64,000 bases of DNA. It comes from Schmidtea polychroa. Lineage: Eukaryota. A program made the position numbers and the translations under genes. The stretch covers positions 18,664,001-18,728,000 of the forward strand of contig CM097885.1 of the NCBI GenBank assembly GCA_044892525.1, given 5' to 3'. Numbering within the stretch: position 1 is the stretch's first letter; the number at the start of each line of letters is the position of its first letter. Shown here piece after piece: positions 1 to 11,300 of this stretch. The notes below the pieces were generated by a model. That model was not told where the DNA came from. It saw nothing but the letters and a program-made list of their open reading frames with translations, and did not search any database.

Positions 1-3000
1 TCTTCTCCAAAATCTTCATTTAATTCTTCCTCATCTTCTCCATCATTTTCTCCAACATTTTCTGAAACATTTTCTGCAACAATTTCTCCAACATTTTCTC
101 CAATATTTAATTCACTTAATCTTACATGCCCATATGCAAGACTAGTATTTTTCCCCACCCAAACCCTTTTGTCATCTTTGTTAGTTAGTGCTATTTTTGT
201 GTTTTTAATTGTAAAAATTTGATGATTTTTGCTTGTTATTTTAGTCTGAGGAACCGAAAAAATCTGGTTAGTGTTATAACAATCCAGGTATGACTGATGT
301 TTTATGTCACTACCTTTCAATGTTACACCTTTAGCCTTTTTTGTTTCCTCATCACTCAACAAGCTATAACATTTAGGTCTAAGAAAAACCCACTCCTTAT
401 ATTTAAGACCTTTATTCTCGTCTTTGAACTTTCCAATGACTGAATCAAGGTTCTTACTATATAAGGAATGACAACTATTGTAATTGGAAGTATCCAATAA
501 ATTATCTCGAACCATTGCAGGTAAAAGAACCTCAAGTTTGCAGTTAATGACTTCGAGGAAAAAAGAATCTGTATCACCTGCAACGATATTAATTTTACAA
601 TTAAACTCATTGCGAAATGATTCCAGATCCTTATATTGCAATTCATACATTCTAAGTTTAGATAGATCAAGTACAGATTGACCAATGTAACTCGGTCTAT
701 CTAAACATATAGAATCTGAATTCAATAGTGCTGCAATTAAATTATCTGCTATTTTAATAGATTTTTTAAAAGTTGGTTTTGACGAATATTTAACTAATTT
801 ACCGGCAGTTGTACAAAGACGAAGATTCATTCTTCTCTTTAAATTTTCAACTGTTTTGCCGTATAAACTATTATTTAGCAATTTATAATAATTTTTATCT
901 AAGCTATTTACGCTTTTTGATCTTAATTCAGTATTTGTATCTATATATTTTTTAAAAATTGGTGATTGCTTAAATCTTACACCCCTATTTACACGTGTTA
1001 CTTTAACACCAAGTTCCAAATATAATTTTAATAATCTCCAATGAATAACATAATTAGATTTTGGAAGATGAGTTAATAATAATTTTTCAACCTTAGACCC
1101 AGCAGGTTTCATTTTTTCAGCAGCTACAGGGAAATCATCCAACTTATCATGAAGCTCAGAAGGAATTACAAGATCAACTTCAAGTGTGTATCCATAAGAC
1201 AAAGATTCAAGATTTAAATTCCTACATTCATCCATTATTTTATCAAATCCATCAAGAACCCAACAAAATTCGCCACAAGGTAATGATTGACTTAAAGCCC
1301 AGCCATAAAGATTATTAATATCTATATATAGTAACTCGGTGTTCTCGTCGGTTTTTACGTAATGCTTATTCACAAAAGTAAGACCGCCTCTTATTCCACC
1401 CTCATAAAAGCTAAACATTTCGTTTTCAGTTATGAGTTCAATTGGTTCATTTAAAGACATTAATGCAGAAGACCAAGACATGCCTGGAATTCCGAAATAA
1501 TTCAATGGTTCCAATCTATTGTGAGCAATGGATTTCAACCGAAACTGATGAAAGAAATCAGCCAAAAGAAAACAATCAAGTTTTAGGTAGATCATCATAT
1601 AATCTAATAAAGTTACGCAATTAGTTTCTACCCAAATCTCCTGAGCTTTTTCATACTCAAGCTCAGTGACACCCTCCCAGATTGGTGGTAATTCATAAGT
1701 AGTTTGGAGAATATCTAAAGAAGTGGCGAAATTATAAGGGAAGATTCCTTTTTCACTTACTATGGTGCCAGAAAAAGCAGAATTAGTAAAAGGCAAAGAA
1801 TTCAAAGTTTTGACTGCTTTAGCCAAAGAATCATTGACAAATTGATACGAATCAATGAATCTTAGGCTAATTTTACCTAAATGAGCAATCAAAGATATAA
1901 ATTTTTCCGTAGTTATTGGGATGCACCCTAAATTCCAATTTTTAAATTTATTTAATCCATATTTAAGTATATGGTGCATATCGTATCCCTTCAAGTTGTG
2001 AAATACGATAGGCAAAATTTTATTTATTTTTCTATTTACGTTACATGTGCTACAAGCTGCACCCAAGTATTTCCCCGTAAAATGATCGTGATCTCTAACA
2101 GGATCCACGATAGATTTCAAACAAAGATAACAAACCGTTGAATTAATGAATTGTTGTTGCTCAATTTTCGTTAATTTAATCATTGGTTTCCTACCCATTT
2201 TATAATAAAAAGGAAGAACCTTATTTAATGCTATATCCTCTATAGCACTTAAAAAACTCTCGACGCAATCTAAACCTATGAACTGCTGATAAGATTTAGA
2301 TCCGTCAAAGTTATTTACTAGTAAAAGACCAGCAGATATTGGCATGTGTTGCTGAAAATGATCATTATCAGAAGGTAAAATAGCCTCAAAATCGGCATAA
2401 ACTACAAAAGGAGGAGTTACTGTTTTCGACCAGTCAGTAAACTGTAAGAATTTATTTTGAGGGAAAGTATAAAGAGTTGTTCCTAATTGATTACGTTTGC
2501 ATAATATTTCATGTTTTTCTAGTGCGTTTCTATTATTAAACCCATTCAAACACCGATGGCACCATAATGAACGTATGCGTGTAGGACAAGTAGTGTTGAT
2601 ACCACAATTCAATAACCTATTTAAATTGCTTATAGCAACGTAATGGAAATTGTTCCCTTTATTTAATAATAGTAAATTAATTACAGTTCCATTTAAAACT
2701 TTGGAACGATGTATAATGTCTAAATGTGGGTGTTTTAAAACGTAATTATCTATTAATTGTTTGTTATTGTCATAAGAAAAAACGTTAATTATTAAACCAG
2801 GATTTTTGGCCTCGAATTTTCTAATATCTTTTAATTTCATGGGTAAGTCCAATGGATTATATATTAACTCAGATAAATTATAACTGGATGTCCTATTTCT
2901 AGCATAACTACTAACCTCATCATATTTTAAAATAGCTAAAATGCTATATAAAAAACATGAATCATCGGTGTTTTTTATATTAATTAAACAATATTTATTT

Positions 3001-3710
3001 TTTAGATAAGTAGGTAGTTCAATGAAACTCCTACCACTTAATCTACTTAGCCTACTTATCTTTGTTATGGTGAAGTGAATTTCTGTTATTTTTTTTATGA
3101 TCCAGCTACTTCCTAACTCTGTGATATTACTTATTTTCTCGTTTAGTTCCCTAATGCCTTCGTCAAAAAATGAGGCAGTTAAAGGTTTTGCGTAATTCGA
3201 AATATTATTAACCTTTATTTCCCCATCTTTTTCAAATTCGATTGTTATTCCGAATTGAATTTTGACGGAGCCTAATTCGTTAATAATATCTCGTAATTTT
3301 ATAATTAATTGTTCAGGAAATATTATTTCCTTTATATTTAAGTCGCTAGTATTTAAACTTAATATTTGATGGGTACCCCTTAGATCTTTTTGTATTATGG
3401 GAACATTACCCCCTATTTGTATTATATTTAATCCATCCCAAGAATCAAGGGAAATATTATCTAATCCTACCTGGGATTCAACAACCAATCCATCATGGGA
3501 TTCGACAACCAATCCATCATTGGATTCCACAAAAGGCAATCCGACCTGGGATTCAAAAGAAGAAGTATCTAATTTAATTTTTTTATTTTTATTATTTTTT
3601 TCTATAGTTGAGGGTCTTTTAAAAACACTATCTTTTTTAAAATTAAACCTATCTAAATGATTTTTATGTTTATTATAAAAAACGCTATATGTTACGGGGT
3701 CACTAGTCAT
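1..3710 (-). CDS. Protein-primed family B DNA polymerase (Polinton pPolB), left copy, apparently intact; last ~14 codons lie outside the window
   Basis: Mirror image of 8165..11874. First in-frame ATG is at 3710 (AAG in the right copy) and the frame is open from ~3770. It has AAA where the right copy has TAA. Its absence from the ORF track is consistent with no in-frame stop before the window edge. Confidence 0.88.
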   Translation of the reverse strand, partial: MTSDPVTYSVFYNKHKNHLDRFNFKKDSVFKRPSTIEKNNKNKKIKLDTSSFESQVGLPFVESNDGLVVESHDGLVVESQVGLDNISLDSWDGLNIIQIGGNVPIIQKDLRGTHQILSLNTSDLNIKEIIFPEQLIIKLRDIINELGSVKIQFGITIEFEKDGEIKVNNISNYAKPLTASFFDEGIRELNEKISNITELGSSWIIKKITEIHFTITKISRLSRLSGRSFIELPTYLKNKYCLINIKNTDDSCFLYSILAILKYDEVSSYARNRTSSYNLSELIYNPLDLPMKLKDIRKFEAKNPGLIINVFSYDNNKQLIDNYVLKHPHLDIIHRSKVLNGTVINLLLLNKGNNFHYVAISNLNRLLNCGINTTCPTRIRSLWCHRCLNGFNNRNALEKHEILCKRNQLGTTLYTFPQNKFLQFTDWSKTVTPPFVVYADFEAILPSDNDHFQQHMPISAGLLLVNNFDGSKSYQQFIGLDCVESFLSAIEDIALNKVLPFYYKMGRKPMIKLTKIEQQQFINSTVCYLCLKSIVDPVRDHDHFTGKYLGAACSTCNVNRKINKILPIVFHNLKGYDMHHILKYGLNKFKNWNLGCIPITTEKFISLIAHLGKISLRFIDSYQFVNDSLAKAVKTLNSLPFTNSAFSGTIVSEKGIFPYNFATSLDILQTTYELPPIWEGVTELEYEKAQEIWVETNCVTLLDYMMIYLKLDCFLLADFFHQFRLKSIAHNRLEPLNYFGIPGMSWSSALMSLNEPIELITENEMFSFYEGGIRGGLTFVNKHYVKTDENTELLYIDINNLYGWALSQSLPCGEFCWVLDGFDKIMDECRNLNLESLSYGYTLEVDLVIPSELHDKLDDFPVAAEKMKPAGSKVEKLLLTHLPKSNYVIHWRLLKLYLELGVKVTRVNRGVRFKQSPIFKKYIDTNTELRSKSVNSLDKNYYKLLNNSLYGKTVENLKRRMNLRLCTTAGKLVKYSSKPTFKKSIKIADNLIAALLNSDSICLDRPSYIGQSVLDLSKLRMYELQYKDLESFRNEFNCKINIVAGDTDSFFLEVINCKLEVLLPAMVRDNLLDTSNYNSCHSLYSKNLDSVIGKFKDENKGLKYKEWVFLRPKCYSLLSDEETKKAKGVTLKGSDIKHQSYLDCYNTNQIFSVPQTKITSKNHQIFTIKNTKIALTNKDDKRVWVGKNTSLAYGHVRLSELNIGENVGEIVAENVSENVGENDGEDEEELNEDFGE

Positions 3711-3738
3711 ACATACGGGACATATAAAATAAGTTTTA

Positions 3739-4299
3739 TTATAATATTTTTTTTGTGTAATAATTCTCCATTATAGAATGGCAATTATTATCATGTTCTT
3801 TCGATGAACAATAATTTGGGTAAAGTATACCTATAAAATAAAAATTTAATAAAAAAATATAATTTAAATGAAATATTTTAGTAAATGTTTACGCAAAAAT
3901 TTGCAAATTATTATTATTTTACAAATTTTATTTACTAAAAAATAAAAATTTACTAAATTAAAAATATTAACATTTACTTAAATAAAAAATTATATTAAAT
4001 TTCCTTTAAATTATAAAAAGTAATCAATACTTACATTGTAAATTTTCATTTCGATTTATTGACACATTGACATAATTTTTTTCTTTATTCGTATTACCTA
4101 AATTATTAATTAATTAAATCAATAAATTTAAAATTATGTTTACTTTTTCTTTTCAAATTTCCTTTAATCTTAGATTTTAAATTGTCTTCATTAATATTAT
4201 CTAAATTAATTAATAAATTAATTAATAAATAAATTAAAATTTACCAAATTTCTGAATTTTTTCTCGGACATTCATAACGTTTTCTATTAAAGAATTCAT
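3739..4299 (-). CDS. Predicted 4-exon upstream ORF or 5' exons of pPolB (left-arm mirror of 7576..8136)
   Basis: Inverted copy of the exon/intron structure at 7576..8136 with the same GT-AG sites. Confidence 0.55.
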
Positions 4300-4889
4300 T
4301 TTTAAAGGTTAACTATTTGTTAAATGTGACTAATGATTGATTATTGTTTATAGATTATTATTGTTTATAGATTATTATTGTTCATAGGAACAAATTCTTA
4401 CCAATCAAAATCAAGGAAGGGTAGGAAAAAATTAATTTATTTTAAAACACATTTTGACGCTAAAGTTGACTTATTTAACATTTTCATAATAATTTAATAA
4501 AAATAATGTGATGAACCCACAAAGTAATATCATTTTTCATCAAATTGTAAAACAGTAATAACGTTTTCATAAAATTGTAACAAAGTAATAACATATTTCA
4601 GATAATTTTTCAACAGTTGTAAAATATTTAAGCAAATTGTAACAAGATTAGAAAATATTACAACAAAGTAGTAACATATTTCAGAAAATTTCAACAAAGT
4701 TGTAAAATATTTATCAAATTGTAACTAAAATAATAAAAATATTGCAACAAAGTAATAAAATAATAATGGTAATTAAGACAAATCAATACATTATTTCGAA
4801 GACGGACAACAAATTAAAAAGAATATTGTAACTAAAATAATAAAAATATTGCAACAAAGTAATAAAATAATACAACATTTTAAACTCTA

Positions 4890-5330
4890 GATCAATCCAT
4901 TTTATAGAAAATTAAATTTTATCTATATAATATATGAATAAATATCCAAGGAAATTACGTTAACGTATAATAAATACAAATTTATCGTAAAAACATGTGT
5001 GTATTACACACAAAACAAGATACATAATTTCTAATCAATCCATTTTATAGAAAATTAAATTTTATCTATATATTATATGAATAAAATCCTAAGAAAATTA
5101 CGTTAACTGTATGAAAAATACAAATTTATCATAAAAACATGTGTGTATTACACACAACATACGAGACATAATTTTTAATCAAGCTATTTTATAGAAAATT
5201 AAATTTTATCTATATAATATATGAATAAAAATCCAAGAAAATTACGTTAACCGCGCGAAAAACTACAAATTTATTGTAAAAACATGTGTGCATTACACAC
5301 AAAGCATCAAACTGAAATTGTAATTGCGCC
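4890..5330. repeat. ~143-bp tandem repeat x3 containing palindromes (mirrored at ~6545..6985)
   Basis: Units start near 4893, 5036 and 5179: TTTTATAGAAAATTAAATTTT...TTACGTTAAC...AAAAACATGTGTG(T/C)ATTACACAC. Confidence 0.85.
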
Positions 5331-5417
5331 ATGTTGTAGAGAATTAAATTCTGCCTATACATGGTTACACTTAAATCTCGATCAGACATGTGAAAAGAGA
5401 CATAAAAGATAAAAAAC

Positions 5418-6457
5418 AGTAGAGTAGTATGATGTGTCCCCGCCAGACCAGGTCCCCGCCAGACCACATATACCCCCTCCCCCCCCCCCCGGTCTGAAAA
5501 ATTTTATTTTTTTTTTTAGAACGATGCCTAATATTTTTAGAACTATTACGTAATCAATGCCTAATATTTTTAGAACGATGCCTAATATTTTTAGAACTAT
5601 TACGTAATTTTTTTTAAATTAATTGGTCCAGCGGTGACCTACTTTTTTTCTTCCCAAAAATAATGTTCCCGCCAACAAATTTTATTGAACGATACCTCAT
5701 CTTAAAGCTCAGTCCAAGACCTTTCGAATGAGCTATAGGTATCTTATATATCTTTAATAGTTTTAATGTTATTAACAATTGATGACCACCATCTTTTCAA
5801 CGTTAAATTATTATTATTATTCAAAATATTATTAATTGGTCCAGCGGTGACCTACTTTTTTTCATCCCAAAAATTATTGTTCCCGCCAACATATTATATT
5901 GATCGATAGCTTATTTTAAAGCTCTGTGCAAGAACTTTCTAATGAGATATAGATTTTTATCATACGATGACTCATCACATTTTTAGAACAAAGACAATGA
6001 CTCATCATATTTTTAGAACGATGCCTAATATTTTTAGAACGATGCCAAATACTTTTAGAACGATGCCTAATATTTTTAGAACGATGCCTAATATTTTTAG
6101 AACTATTACGTAATCGATGTCTAATATTTTTAGAACGATGCCAAATATTTTTAGAATGGTGCCTAATATTTTTAGAACGATTACGTCATACTTTTAGAAC
6201 GATGCCTAATATTTTTAGAACTATTACGTAATTTTTTTAAATTAATTGGTCCAGCGGTGACCTACTTTTTTTCTTCCCAAAAGTAATGTTTCCATCATCC
6301 GAATTTATTAATCAAACACTTATTTTAAAGCCCAGTGCAAAATCTATATACTGATATATAAATATTATTATTAACATTATTTTACACACGGGGGGGAGGG
6401 GGTATATGTGGCCGAGCGGGCTCCTGGCCGGGCGGGCCCACATCATACTACTCTACT
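5418..6457. mobile_element. 1.04-kb non-autonomous mini-element with Polinton-like termini at the palindrome axis
   Basis: Begins AGTAGAGTAGTATGATG...TACCCCCTCCCCCCC and ends GGGGGGGAGGGGGTA...CATCATACTACTCTACT. This is the same AGTAG...TACCCCCTCCCC layout as the element 2 terminus. Confidence 0.7.
5515..6300. repeat. 21-bp minisatellite (AGAACGATGCCTAATATTTTT) plus three copies of a ~60-bp unit (AATTGGTCCAGCGGTGACCTAC...)
   Basis: 21-mers at 5518-5610 and 6010-6230. Longer unit near 5621, 5834 and 6244. Confidence 0.85.
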
Positions 6458-7394
6458 GTTTTTTATCTTTTATGTCTCTTTTCACATGTCTGATCGAGAT
6501 TTAAGTGTAACCATGTATAGGCAGAATTTAATTCTCTACAACATGGCGCAATTACAATTTCAGTTTGATGCTTTGTGTGTAATGCACACATGTTTTTACA
6601 ATAAATTTGTAGTTTTTCGCGCGGTTAACGTAATTTTCTTGGATTTTTATTCATATATTATATAGATAAAATTTAATTTTCTATAAAATAGCTTGATTAA
6701 AAATTATGTCTCGTATGTTGTGTGTAATACACACATGTTTTTATGATAAATTTGTATTTTTCATACAGTTAACGTAATTTTCTTAGGATTTTATTCATAT
6801 AATATATAGATAAAATTTAATTTTCTATAAAATGGATTGATTAGAAATTATGTATCTTGTTTTGTGTGTAATACACACATGTTTTTACGATAAATTTGTA
6901 TTTATTATACGTTAACGTAATTTCCTTGGATATTTATTCATATATTATATAGATAAAATTTAATTTTCTATAAAATGGATTGATCTAGAGTTTAAAATGT
7001 TGTATTATTTTATTACTTTGTTGCAATATTTTTATTATTTTAGTTACAATATTCTTTTTAATTTGTTGTCCGTCTTCGAAATAATGTATTGATTTGTCTT
7101 AATTACCATTATTATTTTATTACTTTGTTGCAATATTTTTATTATTTTAGTTACAATTTGATAAATATTTTACAACTTTGTTGAAATTTTCTGAAATATG
7201 TTACTACTTTGTTGTAATATTTTCTAATCTTGTTACAATTTGCTTAAATATTTTACAACTGTTGAAAAATTATCTGAAATATGTTATTACTTTGTTACAA
7301 TTTTATGAAAACGTTATTACTGTTTTACAATTTGATGAAAAATGATATTACTTTGTGGGTTCATCACATTATTTTTATTAAATTATTATGAAAA

Positions 7395-7480
7395 TGTTAA
7401 ATAAGTCAACTTTAGCGTCAAAATGTGTTTTAAAATAAATTAATTTTTTCCTACCCTTCCTTGATTTTGATTGGTTAGAA
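7395..7480 (+). promoter_or_regulatory. Putative promoter block of the pPolB locus (GCGTCA CRE-like half-site, ATTGG/CCAAT box)
   Basis: Lies ~100-180 bp upstream of ATG 7576. The block is conserved in the element 2 spacer (32860-32970). Confidence 0.4.
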
Positions 7481-7575
7481 TTTGTTCCTATGAACAATAA
7501 TAATCTATAAACAATAATAATCTATAAACAATAATCAATCATTAGTCACATTTAACAAATAGTTAACCTTTAAAA

Positions 7576-8136
7576 ATGAATTCTTTAATAGAAAACGTTA
7601 TGAATGTCCGAGAAAAAATTCAGAAATTTGGTAAATTTTAATTTATTTATTAATTAATTTATTAATTAATTTAGATAATATTAATGAAGACAATTTAAAA
7701 TCTAAGATTAAAGGAAATTTGAAAAGAAAAAGTAAACATAATTTTAAATTTATTGATTTAATTAATTAATAATTTAGGTAATACGAATAAAGAAAAAAAT
7801 TATGTCAATGTGTCAATAAATCGAAATGAAAATTTACAATGTAAGTATTGATTACTTTTTATAATTTAAAGGAAATTTAATATAATTTTTTATTTAAGTA
7901 AATGTTAATATTTTTAATTTAGTAAATTTTTATTTTTTAGTAAATAAAATTTGTAAAATAATAATAATTTGCAAATTTTTGCGTAAACATTTACTAAAAT
8001 ATTTCATTTAAATTATATTTTTTTATTAAATTTTTATTTTATAGGTATACTTTACCCAAATTATTGTTCATCGAAAGAACATGATAATAATTGCCATTCT
8101 ATAATGGAGAATTATTACACAAAAAAAATATTATAA
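7576..8136 (+). CDS. Predicted spliced ORF (exons 7576-7630, 7675-7731, 7778-7840, 8045-8136; 88 aa) or 5' exons of pPolB
   Basis: Three phase-1 GT-AG introns (44, 46 and 204 bp; donors GTAAAT, GTAAAC, GTAAGT; acceptors TTTAG, TTTAG, ATAG) keep one open frame: MNSLIENVMNVREKIQKFDNINEDNLKSKIKGNLKRKSNTNKEKNYVNVSINRNENLQCILYPNYCSSKEHDNNCHSIMENYYTKKIL*. Confidence 0.6.
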
Positions 8137-8335
8137 TAAAACTTATTTTATATGTCCCGTATGTAAGACTAGTGACCCCGTAACATATAGCGTTTTTTAT
8201 AATAAACATAAAAATCATTTAGATAGGTTTAATTTTAAAAAAGATAGTGTTTTTAAAAGACCCTCAACTATAGAAAAAAATAATAAAAATTAAAAAATTA
8301 AATTAGATACTTCTTCTTTTGAATCCCAGGTCGGA

Positions 8336-11300
8336 TTGCCTTTTGTGGAATCCAATGATGGATTGGTTGTCGAATCCCATGATGGATTGGTTGTTGAATC
8401 CCAGGTAGGATTAGATAATATTTCCCTTGATTCTTGGGATGGATTAAATATAATACAAATAGGGGGTAATGTTCCCATAATACAAAAAGATCTAAGGGGT
8501 ACCCATCAAATATTAAGTTTAAATACTAGCGACTTAAATATAAAGGAAATAATATTTCCTGAACAATTAATTATAAAATTACGAGATATTATTAACGAAT
8601 TAGGCTCCGTCAAAATTCAATTCGGAATAACAATCGAATTTGAAAAAGATGGGGAAATAAAGGTTAATAATATTTCGAATTACGCAAAACCTTTAACTGC
8701 CTCATTTTTTGACGAAGGCATTAGGGAACTAAACGAGAAAATAAGTAATATCACAGAGTTAGGAAGTAGCTGGATCATAAAAAAAATAACAGAAATTCAC
8801 TTCACCATAACAAAGATAAGTAGGCTAAGTAGATTAAGTGGTAGGAGTTTCATTGAACTACCTACTTATCTAAAAAATAAATATTGTTTAATTAATATAA
8901 AAAACACCGATGATTCATGTTTTTTATATAGCATTTTAGCTATTTTAAAATATGATGAGGTTAGTAGTTATGCTAGAAATAGGACATCCAGTTATAATTT
9001 ATCTGAGTTAATATATAATCCATTGGACTTACCCATGAAATTAAAAGATATTAGAAAATTCGAGGCCAAAAATCCTGGTTTAATAATTAACGTTTTTTCT
9101 TATGACAATAACAAACAATTAATAGATAATTACGTTTTAAAACACCCACATTTAGACATTATACATCGTTCCAAAGTTTTAAATGGAACTGTAATTAATT
9201 TACTATTATTAAATAAAGGGAACAATTTCCATTACGTTGCTATAAGCAATTTAAATAGGTTATTGAATTGTGGTATCAACACTACTTGTCCTACACGCAT
9301 ACGTTCATTATGGTGCCATCGGTGTTTGAATGGGTTTAATAATAGAAACGCACTAGAAAAACATGAAATATTATGCAAACGTAATCAATTAGGAACAACT
9401 CTTTATACTTTCCCTCAAAATAAATTCTTACAGTTTACTGACTGGTCGAAAACAGTAACTCCTCCTTTTGTAGTTTATGCCGATTTTGAGGCTATTTTAC
9501 CTTCTGATAATGATCATTTTCAGCGACACATGCCAATATCTGCTGGTCTTTTACTAGTAAATAACTTTGACGGATCTAAATCTTATCAGCAGTTCATAGG
9601 TTTAGATTGCGTCGAGAGTTTTTTAAGTGCTATAGAGGATATAGCATTAAATAAGGTTCTTCCTTTTTATTATAAAATGGGTAGGAAACCAATGATTAAA
9701 TTAACGAAAATTGAGCAACAACAATTCATTAATTCAACGGTTTGTTATCTTTGTTTGAAATCTATCGTGGATCCTGTTAGAGATCACGATCATTTTACGG
9801 GGAAATACTTTGGTGCAGCTTGTAGCACATGTAACGTAAATAGAAAAATAAATAAAATTTTGCCTATCGTATTTCACAACTTGAAGGGATACGATATGCA
9901 CCATATACTTAAATATGGATTAAATAAATTTAAAAATTGGAATTTAGGGTGCATCCCAATAACTACGGAAAAATTTATATCTTTGATTGCTCATTTAGGT
10001 AAAATTAGCCTAAGATTCATTGATTCGTATCAATTTGTCAATGATTCTTTGGCTAAAGCAGTCAAAACTTTGAATTCTTTGCCTTTTACTAATTCTGCTT
10101 TTTCTGGCACCATAGTAAGTGAAAAAGGAATCTTCCCTTATAATTTCGCCACTTCTTTAGATATTCTCCAAACTACTTATGAATTACCACCAATCTGGGA
10201 GGGTGTCACTGAGCTTGAGTATGAAAAAGCTCAGGAGATTTGGGTAGAAACTAATTGCGTAACTTTATTAGATTATATGATGATCTACCTAAAACTTGAT
10301 TGTTTTCTTTTGGCTGATTTCTTTCATCAGTTTCGGTTGAAATCCATTGCTCACAATAGATTGGAACCATTGAATTATTTCGAAATTCCAGGCATGTCTT
10401 GGTCTTCTGCATTAATGTCTTTAAATGAACCAATTGAACTCATAACTGAAAACGAAATGTTTAGCTTTTATGAGGGTGGAATAAGAGGCGGTCTTACTTT
10501 TGTGAATAAGCATTACGTAAAAACCGACGAGAACACCGAGTTACTATATATAGATATTAATAATCTTTATGGCTGGGCTTTAAGTCAATCATTACCTTGT
10601 GGCGAATTTTGTTGGGTTCTTGATGGATTTGATAAAATAATGGATGAATGTAGGAATTTAAATCTTGAATCTTTGTCTTATGGATACACACTTGAAGTTG
10701 ATCTTGTAATTCCTTCTGAGCTTCATGATAAGTTGGATGATTTCCCTGTAGCTGCTGAAAAAATGAAACCTGCTGGGTCTAAGGTTGAAAAATTATTATT
10801 AACTCATCTTCCAAAATCTAATTATGTTATTCATTGGAGATTATTAAAATTATATTTGGAACTTGGTGTTAAAGTAACACGTGTAAATAGGGGTGTAAGA
10901 TTTAAGCAATCACCAATTTTTAAAAAATATATAGATACAAATACTGAATTAAGATCAAAAAGCGTAAATAGCTTAGATAAAAATTATTATAAATTGCTAA
11001 ATAATAGTTTATACGGCAAAACAGTTGAAAATTTAAAGAGAAGAATGAATCTTCGTCTTTGTACAACTGCCGGTAAATTAGTTAAATATTCGTCAAAACC
11101 AACTTTTAAAAAATCTATTAAAATAGCAGATAATTTAATTGCAGCACTATTGAATTCAGATTCTATATGTTTAGATAGACCGAGTTACATTGGTCAATCT
11201 GTACTTGATCTATCTAAACTTAGAATGTATGAATTGCAATATAAGGATCTGGAATCATTTCGCAGTGAGTTTAATTGTAAAATTAATATCGTTGCAGGTG

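Noticed and set aside
356..3660. Short ORFs overlapping the pPolB copies (356-685, 484-681, 1442-1624, 3397-3660 and their mirrors)
   Set aside because: Alternative-frame or antisense shadows of pPolB. They appear twice only because of the palindrome.
6441..6450. CATCAT resembling an adenovirus ITR start
   Set aside because: Better explained as the inner part of the mini-element TIR ending ...ACTACTCTACT.
5210..6665. Mirrored 85-aa ORFs at the inner arm ends
   Set aside because: They start at non-ATG codons inside the mini-element TIR, run into tandem repeats and show no protein motifs.
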